Below, piece by piece: positions 1 to 16,399 of a DNA stretch of 64,000 nt. The first letter of the stretch is position 1; every line of letters begins with the position of its first letter. The stretch comes from the human T2T-CHM13v2.0 reference genome, Homo sapiens: assembly GCF_009914755.1 (NCBI RefSeq), contig NC_060934.1. One strand, 5' to 3'. A program made the position numbers and the translations under genes. A model generated the notes under the pieces. It saw only the letters and a program-made list of their open reading frames with translations. It was not told the origin of the DNA and ran no database searches.

Positions 1-60
1 AAGCCAAAGGAGCAGCAAATGCATATTAATTAGAAAACAAGTCTTAGGACAATTTAGCTA

Positions 61-139
61 TTAGATTGGTGCAAAAGTAATTGGGGCTTTTCCCATTGAC
101 AATAATGGCAAAACTGTAATTACTTTTGCACCAACCTAA
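61..139. mobile_element. MADE1 (Hsmar1-derived ~80 bp palindromic MITE)
   Basis: TTAGATTGGTGCAAAAGTAATT...AATTACTTTTGCACCAACCTAA: two mariner TIRs head to head, with TA at 59-60. Confidence 0.93.
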
Positions 140-1483
140 ATGGAACAGTATTTCTCATATTTTTAAGTAACTTTCTAAGTTTATGAAATAGAAAAAAATG
201 TAAACTTTTCATAAGAATATGTTGCTGTTTTATTTCTTGAACTAAGCCCAGCAATCTTTGAATATTCATTTTCTAGGAGAGCCTTAAGTTTATACTTGCA
301 AAATATTCTAATCAATAAGTAATTCATAGTCACTATGTGTTTAATTTTAGCACTAACCTTAATAATCTCTAAATGTATGGAAGATGAAGGCATACCATCT
401 TCTTAAATTTTATGTAATATTTTACCATTATAAAATATTGTCATTTATAATAGCACACAACTTATCCTAAACAAATTTAAAAGCTTTATATGTTACAACA
501 CAAATTAGGCATCAGCTGAACTTTACACTAAATATTATTCTATATGATTGACAATATTAAAATTTTCTCGACCAAACATGCTGTTGAATTATTGTCATCT
601 TTTTTATGTATGTATTAAAATGTACTTGTCATGTTTCCAAAATTCAGGAATGTTAAACTGTAATAATATTAATTACCAAGTTAAAGATTGGGGAAGTTTT
701 CCTTCATTGTGCAATCTTAAAATAATTATAGACAAAGTCACTTTACTGTCACCGTCTTCATATGATTGAGATATCCTCACCACTGTAGCTTTTGGGTGGT
801 ATATAATATGTAATTAACTCCTAAATATTACAAATCGTAGTTTTCCTCTATCAGTTGTATAATACTACATTTTGTTAGTTCTGGAAATTAAAAGAAATTC
901 CTTGATTCTATATTGTTGCCTGTATAGAAGTTGATTTTTCATATTTCCTTTAAAAATGAAATAAATGCTTCCTTCAATTTTTCTTTAATTACTGTATGGC
1001 CAAGCCCATTGAATGATATGAATCCAGATATCTGTATGCTTGCCTGTAATTTCCACAATGTGATCTTTAATGGCAGGGAATTCATCTGTCAGAGTGAGGT
1101 GTGCCTCTATCCTTTGTGTTGACTTTAGTGTGAGCTTACCCACTATAGTTTGTTGCTGCTGCAATTCCTTTCAATACATTCTGAATTGGTAGTGAATTTC
1201 AGATCATCAATATAAAGTCTCATGTGGCCAATGCTGCTGTTTATTTTATTTCAAGACATTATCCATGCTGAAATTGGCAACTTTTCAAGGCTACAGTCAA
1301 GGACAATGCTCTTTAGTTTCCAAACCACCAGTCTCTGCATTTCACTGGCTGTGTGGCACATCTCATTACATACTAAGTTCTGTTGAGCTATTACTACTTA
1401 CACTATTTTAGAGCTTGTTTGATGGACTCATTTTGCCCTTTAAGACCTATAGGATGAATGAGGGAGTCTTAAGATCATGAGTG

Positions 1484-1782
<299 letters not shown>

Positions 1783-2449
1783 TCATGAATGAGGGACATT
1801 TTTCACTTGAGAGATGTCTTCTATTTTGTAGTAAAAACACACTTTTTAGTATTTCCCTTTGGGTCTTATATCTCCTCATCAGCCTCGTGGCCTTGTGGAT
1901 AAAACTATTTACCATCCTCCAGCATTCTTCGTGAATCTCTCCAGATTTATTTCTGGTCCATTGCCCTCAAGGGAGAACCACGTTCTCCCTTCACTCATCA
2001 GCCTCTGTTGATCAGACCTCCTGGGAGCACCACCCTGCTTCTCTGGCAGTGCACCTGCTCTTTGTAAAACTAGCATACAAATCACTTTGTGTATGGAGGA
2101 TGCATGAGCTAAACTTTTTATCTTAGGTTACCTGATAACACAGACAGTAACTGAGACAGAAGGAGAGGAAATGGCATTGCTGGAAGAGGAGGAAATTGAT
2201 ACAGTGCTTAGTCAGAACTGACTGAAATTCAAAAGAGAAAGTGAGAGAGTGGTAATTGCTAAGAGGAAGGAGGTGCATACATTCTCATTCAACTTGCCAA
2301 TCTAAAAGTCTCCAAAAGAAATGAATGGCAGACCAAATGATATGAAACAGACCTAATGTGGCTCATTATGATGTCTTGTCCACATTGGCTAATTATAATA
2401 TAATCTGTGTTAAACTAAAAGAAAAGAATGCTGAATTTGTATTTTCAAT

Positions 2450-5190
<2,741 letters not shown>

Positions 5191-5194
5191 AGAA

Positions 5195-5350
5195 ATTGTG
5201 TTGACCTGGGGCCTCTAGCAAATGGAGCTTGAGAAAAAGATTAAATTTACTGGAAAGTTCAAGCACCAGGCTCTGGGAGTGAGGAGGAACAAAATGTAAA
5301 GGAGTCAGGAAAGAGGCAGGCAAGCGAATTGGAGAAGGTGCACAAATATT
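5195..5350 (-). mobile_element. Possible remnant of the 5' LTR of the ERVL element
   Basis: TGTGTTGACCTGGGGCCTCTAGCAAATGGAGCTTGAG resembles the reverse-strand end of LTR16/LTR33-type LTRs and lies upstream of gag. Confidence 0.35.
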
Positions 5351-5799
5351 GTAACCCCAATGCTTTTCAAAATGAATAATGAAATATTGAAATATTTTGT
5401 CACTGGTAATACAGTTTCTGTGGTTATCTTCTCATAATCTGAATCAATGTATTTATATTTTGGGTGTATCATTTTCATTGCACTATTTATACAGTATGAA
5501 CAAAGTACCTATTTACACATGAGAGCAGTAGATAGCAAATATTTAGGAATAAAACATCTAGCATGTGAGACAATTATCTCTTCCAGGTCATCCAAATTAG
5601 CAGCAGCAGTAGTTTATAGAAGTACAAGAATAAAGGCATTTAAACATGTCAAATGATATAGGCTGGATACATCTATGTTAATAATTAACTCACATAATAC
5701 ATCTAAATTATGAAATCAATAAGACAGGTAATTTTTAGCTGCTCTTGTTATCTTGAATACTCATCTCAAACGTCCTTTCTTTTTAAACTTGCCCCGGGT

Positions 5800-5965
5800 A
5801 GAGCTGGTCACTTCCATCTATATTCATTTACTAGACTCCACATCATTTTTTATATCTCACATATCTCTTTCTAACCTGACGATTGGGGATGGCATTTTTC
5901 ACCTGCTCTTCTGCCTAAAACAGCAACTCATACATGCAATGTTTTGATGAACTGATGAATGAAAA
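5800..5965 (+). mobile_element. L2 3' end fragment
   Basis: CAGCAACTCATACATGCAATGTTTTGATGAACTGATGAATGAA resembles the L2 terminal (TGAA)n tail. Confidence 0.45.
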
Positions 5966-6299
5966 AAATGGCATTTCTATTTTCAAGTGTTTCAAGCTTT
6001 TCAGTACTTCTCTTTATGCCTTTTTCAATAATAATGCCTTCAGGTATTCCTGCAGACATTCTGGGTCCTTATTCTCTATTCTGTCAAAATATTCCCTTGA
6101 TAAAAGAGCTGAAACTTAGTTTACTAAAACATAAATGAGTTAAAACAGTTTAAAAATAACACATACATAAGAAATGTGGATTTCTCAAATTGAAATCTCT
6201 TACCATATCAGACACTTTGAAAAATGCAAATAATCATTTACTATAAAAAAGGAAAAAAAATTAGTTTTGAAAGTATAGGTATGTGTGGTTTGCATCTGA

Positions 6300-6342
6300 G
6301 TGTGTGTGTGTGCGCGCGTGCACGCACATGCATGTGTATATG
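6300..6342. repeat. (TG)n(CG)n alternating purine-pyrimidine tract
   Basis: GTGTGTGTGTGTGCGCGCGTGCACGCACATGCATGTGTATATG. Confidence 0.9.
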
Positions 6343-8419
6343 GATGATATTAGCTTTTCTCTAAACTACAGAATTAGAATGTTTCATGAAATTAATGGAA
6401 AGAGTATCCTAGAAAGAATAAAAGGAGGGCTGGATAAATTAAAGATTTTATCTTCAACCAAACTGGAGTAATTGCCTAAATTAACTTGTCTTAAAAAGAC
6501 ACGTGCTGAGACATTGCAAAATAAAGAAAAGATAAAAGGAAATTAGAGAATGTAATATGGCATATAAACAGCAATATTTAGAAATAACAGGAAGACAGAG
6601 AATCCCACTGTGAAGGGGAGACAAGGTTTGCATGCATGTAAGTGACTAAATACACCATTTCATTATGGGAAAAGGAGGCTTGGCATCTTTCAACAGATAT
6701 ATAAATAAAAATCTTGCCTTCAGTTTTTCCCCCAGATCCTATATAGACAAAGAAACATATGTAAATTAAAGGTAAAAATATATGAATATAAGAAGTGTTC
6801 ACTCTTACTGCCTTTGCCTAATCAAATTGCCAAAAGATTAAAAATGGCTTGTACGAAACTGATTTATTAGTAAACAGTTTAAAGTTCTTGCAGGTTTCAA
6901 GCACTGCCTGATGGTTTTGGCACTCTTTAAAAAAAATAAAATAGTTTTGATTACAGAATTGTCATTACAATTCTCCAGATTTAGTTCAGAAAGGAAAGCA
7001 ATATTTGGGTGAAATTGAAGTGGTGTTTATGAATCACATATGATAGATTAGGCAATTGAGTTATATTTTTATATCTGCTTATCTCTCTAAAGAATCTAAC
7101 AAAGCGGAATGAACATGGGGAAGGGAGTAAATAGAATTATGTTTCCTAATGCTATCTCTTTAAAGAGATACCACATTTGCCTTCAATTTGGATTAGTCCA
7201 TGATCCTAACATCACATCTAATGTCTGCCCCCCTGAGCATAGCAAGGAAGAATAAGTAAAATATTCACTACCGTGTTATTGCATTACTACATGTTCTTTC
7301 TGATGGGTAAATTCAATGTATCTCTTTGTATTATAATGATTATTGGCTGCAAGTAAATGAAAGTGTCTAGGTTTCAAAGAAATACTAAATTTCACACACC
7401 TCAAAATTCAAAGAACCAAAGCCACTTTGGTCATCATTTCAAGTAAAAATAGTTGTAATGAATTTAAAGGATGAATGGAGAAAAATGATAACCAAGATTT
7501 ATGTTGCTCTATAGAATCAATTGAACATCTTGTCCTTATCTGGTAAGTGGCCAGCCTAATGATCATACTTCTTCCCTGCCCTTTTTCTGATGCTTCTTAT
7601 CCAGGGACATGTTCCTTCCTGGAAGTTTTCCCAAGAATCCTATCATCCCTGTATGTTTCCCCTGTGCAGGTATTACAATGGCAGCTTCAGAAGACAATGA
7701 CCCAGCTTTGCAGCCTAATGCTTTTGTGACTTGAATAATGAGAATTTCAGTTAAAGGTGGTATCATGGCATTATGGTAAGAAAGCTAACATGGCACTTTT
7801 GTTTAGGGCTGGCCTCCCCAAAGAACACATACGAATTGAGTTATTGTTATGACGATATGAAATATCCCAGCTTTCTAGTAGAACATAATTAAATGTAGCT
7901 TCTAGAGTTCATACAGTCATCGTCTGCCAGGTTGTTATGATGAATAATGGATTACAAAGTCATATGGGGAGAGTAGAAATTTGAATGGATCACAACAAAA
8001 AATGTGCAGTCAAAGACATCACACCCATTATTGCTACTCTGGAGGCAGCAGCATTAGTGTTGGTTAGGGCAGGACTTCGGTGGTCACATAAGAACTCTGA
8101 AAACACTCCCAATGCTGTTGTTTAGGATATACCACAAGGCAACGTCCTCACAGCTTTTCAATTTTCTAAACTTCTCTATTTGCATCCTACCTGTTAATGA
8201 CTTGTTGCCAACCATAATGGAGTCTCCAACCTATTTCATATTGAACTTTGAATAATTTGTTTAAATTCATCTTGACCTGCTTTTGCCTTCACTTGATAGC
8301 TGAGCAGTAGCAAGGATGTTATCTTTTTCTCCTTGAAAGGAAAGAGATACATTCCAGTAGTTTACACAACTCTGGCTTAGAATATTGTTACGGGTTTTGA
8401 TTGAAAGGAGGGTTGAATT

Positions 8420-8727
<308 letters not shown>

Positions 8728-8924
8728 TAAAATAGATACAGATTCAAGTAGTACATAACCTTTCTCTTTCAGTGGGAATGGAACATAGTCTTGTCTAGTC
8801 TCTTGTATATTGATTAAATTTTATACTATGAACTAACTTTGAGAACGATTATAAATGCAATCAAAGTGTTACAGTACCTAGAGTGTGAAAAGAGTAACGC
8901 ATGCAGCGGCAAGTCATCATGGAG

Positions 8925-9304
8925 TGTATTAGTTCGTTCTCATGCTGCTTTAAAGACATAACCGAGACTAGGTAATTCATAAAGAAAGAGGTTTAATTGA
9001 CCCACAGATCCCCATGGCTGGGGAGGCCTCAGCAAATTTACGATCATGGTGGAAGGGGAAGCAGGCACATCTTACATGGCGGCAGGTGAGAGAGAGTGAG
9101 CAAGAGCAGGGAAAACTGCCTTATAAAACCATCAGATCTCATGAAAATTCATTCCCTATCACCAGAACAGCATGGGGGAAACTGCCCCCATCATCCAATC
9201 ACTTCCCTCCCTTAACACGAGAGAATTACAGGTCCCTCCCGTGACACAGGGGGATTACAATTTAAGCTGAGATTGGAGTGGGGACACAGAGTCAAACCAC
9301 ATCA
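8925..9304 (-). mobile_element. THE1D/MSTA-type MaLR solo LTR
   Basis: TGTATTAGTTCGTTCTCATGCTGCT...GGGGACACAGAGTCAAACCACATCA; degenerate 5-bp TSD TGGAG/TAGAA. Confidence 0.9.
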
Positions 9305-9659
9305 TAGAAGATGCAAGCAGTACATTTAGATGTTAAATGATCATTAGGATCTAGATAGGTAGAGATGTGGATGGATAGAGAAAAGAATGTGACCTTAGAG
9401 ATGGGGATGAGCATGTTCTTTTCTAGGCATGATTATAGTTCAATAATAGATGACATTATTTTCTTTTGCATTGTAATGGAAAGTCAAAAAGTTTCCAAGA
9501 GGCTAGATCTTAGAATTCTCTCCTGGTCTGCTGAGGACAGTAACCGCTGTGAAAGAGAGAAGAATCATCCTGATGATTCTCTACTTTATTAGGAAAAAGA
9601 GGCTTGAACCTTTGAATGTGTATATGCTTATTTTGCAATGTGATGATAACAATTGAAAT

Positions 9660-9860
9660 AACTAAAATGCATTATTTACTAAATGCTTTATATGAATCTT
9701 TACCTCTAACATCTGGAGTAAGGACTGTTCTAAACTTCATTTAAGGATGAGTAAAAAAACAAGCAAAGCAAAAAAAAGGAGTAGTAATTTTTTCATGCAA
9801 CACAATGCCAAGTATCAGGCCTGATGCAAAGACCATCTCTACTAACTATTAAACATTCTA
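9660..9860 (-). mobile_element. MIR fragment
   Basis: CTAAATGCTTTATATG...CATTTAAGGATGAGTAAA resembles the MIR core. Confidence 0.45.
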
Positions 9861-9951
9861 CCTCAAATATGAAAGATGACGTTTTTGTAGGACAAAATTC
9901 TGTACACTGAATCCAATTTCCCATTAACTTACACTATACCTTAGATCATAT

Positions 9952-11342
9952 TGAGAGGTGACAGCGTGCTGGCAGTCCTCACAGCTCTCGCTCGCTCTCA
10001 ACGCCTCCTCTGCCTGGGCTCCCACTTTGGTGGCACTTGAGGAGCCCTTCAGCCCGCTGCTGCACTGTGGGAGCCCCTTTCTGGGCTGGCCAAGGCCAGA
10101 GCCGGCTCCCTCAGCTTGCAGGGAGGTGTGGAGGGAGTGGCGCGAGCGGGAACCCGGGCTGGGCGCGGAGCTTGCCGGCCAGCTGGAGTTCCGGGTGGGC
10201 GTGGACTTGGCGGGCGCCGCACCCTGAGCAGACGGTCGGCCCTGCCGGCCCCGGGCAATGAGGGGTTTAGCACCCAGCCCAGCAGCTGCGGAGGGTGTAC
10301 TGGGTCCCCCAGCAGTGCCGGCCCACCGGCGCTGCGCTCGATTTCTCGCCGGGCCTTAGCTGCCTTCCCGCAGGGCAGGGGTTGGGACCTGCAGTCCGCC
10401 ATGCTTGAGCCCCCGCCCACCCCGTGGGCTCCTGTGCGGCCCGAGCCTCCCCGACGAGCACCGCCCCCTGCTCCACGGCGCCCAATCCCATCGACCACCC
10501 AAGGGCTGAGGAGTGCGTGCGTCACGGCGCGGGACTGGCAGGCAGCTCCACCTGCAGCCCTGGTGCGGGATCCACTGGGTGAAGCCAGCTGGGCTCCTGA
10601 GTCTGGTGGGGACGTGGAGAACCTTTATGTCTAGCTAAGGGATTGTAAATACACCAATCAACACCCTGTTTCTAGCTCAGGGTTTGTGAATGCACCAATC
10701 TACACTCTGTATCTAGCTACTCTGGTAGGGCCTTGGAGAACCTTTGTGTGGACACTGTATCTAGCTAATCTGGTGGGGACGTGGAGAACCTTTGTGTCTA
10801 GCTCAGGGATTGTAAACGCACCAATCAGCGCCCTGTCAAAACAGACCACTTGGCTCTACCAATCAGCAGGATGTGGATGGGGCCAGATAAGAGAATAAAA
10901 GCAGGCTGCCAGAGCCAGCAGTGGCAACCCGCTGGGGTCCCCTTCCACGCTGTGGAAGCTTTGTTCTTTCGCTCTTTGCAATAAATCTTGCTGCTGCTCA
11001 CTCTTTGGGTCCACACTGCCTTTATGAGCTGTAACACTCACCGGGAAGGTCTGCAGCTTCACTCCTGAAGCCAGCGAGACCACGAACCCACCGGGAGGAA
11101 CGAACAACTCCAGACGCGCCTCCTTAAGAGCTGCAACACTCACCGTGAAGGTCCGCAGCTTCACTCCTGAGCCAGCGAGACCACGAACCCACCAGAAGGA
11201 AGAAACTCCGAACACATCCGAACATCAGAAGGAAGAAACTCCGGACACACCGCCGCCTTTAAGAACTGTAACACTCACCGCGAGGGTCCGCGGCTTCATT
11301 CTTCAAGTCAGTGAGACCGAGAACCCACCAATTCCGGACACA
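9952..11342 (+). mobile_element. LTR12C (ERV9) solo LTR, full length
   Basis: Starts TGAGAGGTGACAGCGTGCTGGCAG and ends CCAATTCCGGACACA; perfect 4-bp TSD ATAT (9948-9951 / 11343-11346); GC/CpG-rich U3, CCAAT-bearing tandem repeats, repeated GAGCTGTAACACTCACCG units in U5. Confidence 0.97.
10600..10990 (+). promoter_or_regulatory. LTR12C enhancer/promoter core
   Basis: CCAAT (NF-Y) boxes at 10654, 10695, 10821, 10859; AGATAA at 10885; TATA-like AATAAAA at 10894; LTR poly(A) signal AATAAA at 10980. Confidence 0.75.
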
Positions 11343-11611
11343 ATATAGTCCAAGGATGTCAAAAATACGTGATTGCAGTAGAAGTCTGGTAGGAAAAGCA
11401 ATGAATGAAGGCCAAGAGCAATGGAAGAAGATTTCTTCACAAGTGTCTCATTGGAAAATTGCTGATTCAAATAACAGCAATCACGAGTCCAGAATAGTGA
11501 CTTTCTGACTCAGTCTCCGTGTATGTTTACACCCGTGCTTGCCATTTGTGTCTGGACATTTTTATCACCTGTCCTCCCTAAAGAGGAAAGACATACAATA
11601 AAACAATGCCA

Positions 11612-11981
<370 letters not shown>

Positions 11982-14900
11982 TTAACCTCTCCAAGAGACA
12001 CAGATGGGCAGTCAGTATTGGAAACCAATGGTATATATTTTTACCCATTAGCATAAAGGGAAGGCAATGTTTTTGCTGTACTGGATTTTCTAAGGAGGAG
12101 GAGAGATGGGAAATGAGGAAAAAAGTCATTTCTTTTTTCTGACCTTTAGTTTCTTCCCAAGCCCTGTTTCTGTATAAATTGTACCCAAATACTTTCTCCC
12201 AAGACCACTGTAGCTTAGACAGAACAACAGGCTTAGTTTAGGGCAGGACCAAGATAATTTGGCAAAAATCAAAATTTGCTATCAGAGAATAATTAGAAAT
12301 TCATGCAAGATTCCTCTCTATCTATATGTCACATTATGCTAAAATATTTTTGGTGAATATTTTTAAATATACATATGTGTATGTGCTTTTACATATGCAA
12401 AAACGTCTGATTGAGTAGGTTAATAAAAGGTTATATATTTTATCCCTTATTGGAAATTTACAATGAGCAATAACTCAAATTTTAGTTATCTGAAGTTAAA
12501 AGAAAGTATTTAGTGTTAAATTTCCCAAAGTAATTTGACAGTGAAACTTTTTTCACAGGAGAGTTAACTTACATTCTGGTGAACCAATATGCTACAGGAA
12601 AGATTAGCCTGAACACATAAATTATGCAGAAAAACATTCAGGTACAAACACTATAATTAATAATAAAAATGTTGCATTTCATTTTAAACTTTTAAGTGAG
12701 AAACTAATAATAACTAGTTCTGAGATCAGGAAATAAATTATAGATACTTGCAGGACTTATTTTGGTATACTATGAAAATCAATAATAGCAGTAGGAATGA
12801 CACTCAACTGTAAATTCAGTGGAATTGTCTTTTGTTATAAGAGACTGAAAAGCTGGGTTTCTGTCTCAGATAAAAGATTATAGACTTGTGCAGTTTTTTT
12901 TAAAGACCTTTGCTGTTGTACTCACTGATTATCTGTTATTATTAGTGTAGCCACTGGACCAAAAAATGTATTTAAAATCTTTTTCCATTCAGCTTAAATG
13001 AATGCTTTCTGTTACTAACATTTTAGTTCATAATACAGCATACTTTTGCTTTGAGTTTTAATAGGTCTGGAATCAAAAGCATTGAATAGCATACTGCTAA
13101 AAACCTTCAGTTAAAGAAATTAGTAACGTTAGAACCACTGAGATTGAATATTGAAATTCAATCAGAGACATATGATACCAATTCTCAGCTTAAATTTTGT
13201 TTAATAAATCCCCAGAACTGTTGAATTCATTCACATATCCCTTCCAAGTTTTAGCAAGCTCTTCCTAAATACAGTTCTAAATTACTTTTCTGGTGTCATT
13301 TGAGACATATTCATTTCCTTCTCAGAAAGCTAACTTTGTATCTCTGAAAACACTGTGGACCTTTTTCCTGGCTCTTATTAACTTCTGGCTTATTCTGTAA
13401 CTATTAGAAAAAAAACAAAACTCCTTGAGGACAGGCTCTAACTTTTGATTCTCTGCTGTGTCCAGCACATGGACTTTCAAAATAACTGTGCACAGTATAT
13501 TTTTAAAAAATTAATTGAAATGAAGGCATTGCAACCCAAGTATGTAGACATTTTTTCTAACTGTGGATAATGAGTATATCACCAAAAAAACCTGTATTTG
13601 TGTTTTGACTTGTAATTTTATCTGTCCCCAAAATATGGTCATCAGCTTGGGTATATTTGCACCTGCCTAAGAAGGGCATGCCTTCACCTGAGATTCCACA
13701 AGGAATGCAGATCATGGCCTTACCGCAAATGAGTGTTAATTTTTCATCAAAAGACAGAATACTTTTTTAAAGATTATATGTGTCTAATTTTTTTTTCTTT
13801 CAGCAAAATCTTAAACATACAAAAACAGATACTGTGTTTCATTGTCTAAAGGAAGAGACAGCTCTGTGTGCCATGCTGCACAGCAGAACTGGTTTAAAAT
13901 GTTTATCTTAAAAGACATCTGATCACTTATTAGTTACATAGTAAAGCTATAGTGACATTACTGATGAATAGCATATATTTCTCTTCAAAGTTAATATAAA
14001 GCATATCAAAATTAATTAAAAATGTAAGTAATATTGAATATGATACTCTTCTGCTCCAGGTTATGACTTGAATTTATATTAGTTTGCATGTTAACTCTGT
14101 AAATGAATAAATAAGTCAAGAGGTTGAACCGCACTAGTTTACTTAATCTTCATATTCTGAAGAACATGCCAGGTATATGCCATTTCTTGATTATTTTTGA
14201 ATTATCGACTCTTTAACATTTACTCAAATATTAACACGTTTGTTATTTCTGTCATAAAAATGCTTTATTTTATAATATTTATAAAATTACCGTACACTTA
14301 TTTAAATATATCCATTTGTAATTCTAACATATTTTGCATTATGTTATCACATCTACAATAAGAAACAATTTTCATAATGCAAAAATAATAGTACCTCTTT
14401 CCAGAATCTAATAAAATATATAAAAGAATACTGATAGTTTGACTTTACGTACACTGGTATCATAAATGGATAAGCAAGATATTGTAAGTGGGGAAACCTT
14501 TGGTTATAACTTACAACTAAAAATTGTATTGTTCACACAGAGAAAATTTGGGTAATGAAATGGGGTACCATTAATAATTATTTGGGAAGAAGTAGCAGCA
14601 GGGTAGACTGGGACCTAACAGTAATTATAAACTCTAATTATTGTGGTGTTGTGACAGCATGATAAGAAGTAGATTAATTCTAATTGACCTATCAAATCCT
14701 CTATGTTCATGGTCATAGAAATACTCTGATTTCAATGTAATAATTAATAATGTATAAAAAGGAAATGGAATCTTTGGTTTAAGCCAGTGGTAGAATATAT
14801 TTTAAAAACTAAAAGAAAATTATGTATTAATTTTCTACTGTACGATGAAAAATAAATACAATATTGTTAACAAATTTTCTTGATTTTTTTAAAGATTATG

Positions 14901-15913
14901 TAGAATTTTTAATCGAGAGTTAATTTTGTCTGCAGCATAACTCCTCCTCAAGGCAAAATACTTCTTATGATCAGATCAGAGTAAACATCCAGTGCACACA
15001 AAGTAATTTAAAATGCAAATAGTTTGTTATTAAATACCAGTTATGCATCAGTAGGAAGGACATTGTGGGAGTTGTTTGGAAGATGGAAAAAGTGATTTCT
15101 TTTATAAGATAGATCCTCTATTTACATAGTATTTTTCTTAGAGAAATTCAAATATTTTTGACCTAACATAAATCTATACATAGTATCCTTTTGGGTGAAA
15201 GTGTGTATTAATGTCTCTCATTTTATGATGTAAGAAAATGAGTCCTGGCTTTAGGTCACTGACTGAATCAACAAATACTTTAGTATAAAAGAGCAACCCT
15301 CAGGCTACTTTCCCCTGGATACCCTGTGTTTGTCAATTCTACTGAGATGTAAGTTTAAATTCCACCCACAAAGCAGATCCTTAGATAGGCTCTATCCTTG
15401 CTATTTTAATAGACATATAAATAGTTTTACAGTGAGACATTGGCCCTTTCATTGTATAACTCACCAAGAACAAACAAAGATGGGTCTTTGTGAGCTGGGC
15501 TTGTGACTACTCTGAGTGGGGACCCCACAGTTGTTTAAACTAGTATAGACAAGTAAGAGTCCCTTCTGGTCAGGGCAGAGTAACTTGCGTCTACTAAAAC
15601 TTTTAGGACTACCCCACAGACAACAAGTATAACCTCTACACAGAGTATAAAAGTCAGTGTTGAAGACACTAGGGAGTGACCAAAGAGAGAAGGAATGATT
15701 GACCCTTAGAGGAAAGAGAATGTATTGTAGGAGATATTGGTTTATAGTGCTTTCCATCTTAGGGTACTGCCAGATCATAACTTGATGACTAGAGCTAAAT
15801 CAGAAACTGGCATTCTTAAGGGTTTGTGGATTCAAAGAACAGAGTTCAGGACTGAAAAGTGCTTGGAAGTTAGTGTGATGGTGGGGGGTGGTGAGGAAGG
15901 GGTAATACATTGA

Positions 15914-16320
15914 TGCTGTAGTTTGAATATATGACCCTTCAAATCTCATGTTGAAATTTGATCTTAATGTTGGAAGTGTGGCCTGGTGGGAGATATTGGG
16001 TCCTGGGAGAAGATCCCCCAGGAATGGCTTGGTGCTGTTCTCACTGTATTAGTTCCCACAGGAACTGCTTATTAAAAAGAGTCTGGCACCACCCCCTTCC
16101 TTCCCCTCTAACCATGAGATCTCTGTACACACTGACCCCCGCCCCCCCAACCCCGTTCCTCTTCCACCAAGAGTGGAAGCAGCCTGAAGCCCTCACCAAG
16201 GTGATAGTGATGTCAGGGTTCTGGTATAGCCTGTGGAGCCAAGAGCCAAATAACCCTGTTTTCTTTATAAATTGTCCAGCCTCAGGTATTCCTTTATAGC
16301 AACACAAATGGACTAAGACA
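15914..16320 (+). mobile_element. MSTB-type MaLR solo LTR
   Basis: TGCTGTAGTTTGAATAT..AAATCTCATGTTGAAATTTGATC...CCTTTATAGCAACACAAATGGACTAAGACA; TSD ATTGA/ATGGA. Confidence 0.88.
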
Positions 16321-16399
16321 ATGGAAAAGAGAGAGACACAGAAAGAGCAACCCCAAATCTTCAAATAAACTAGAAACCTAATTGTGCACCCCTCAGGGG

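Noticed and set aside
10600-10870. Spaced repeats superficially resembling a CRISPR array
   Set aside because: These are the LTR12 U3 tandem enhancer repeats; eukaryotic context, no unique spacers, no cas genes
9958-11348. Cluster of overlapping Pro/Gly/Arg-rich ORFs
   Set aside because: GC-rich, stop-poor LTR12C sequence; not genes
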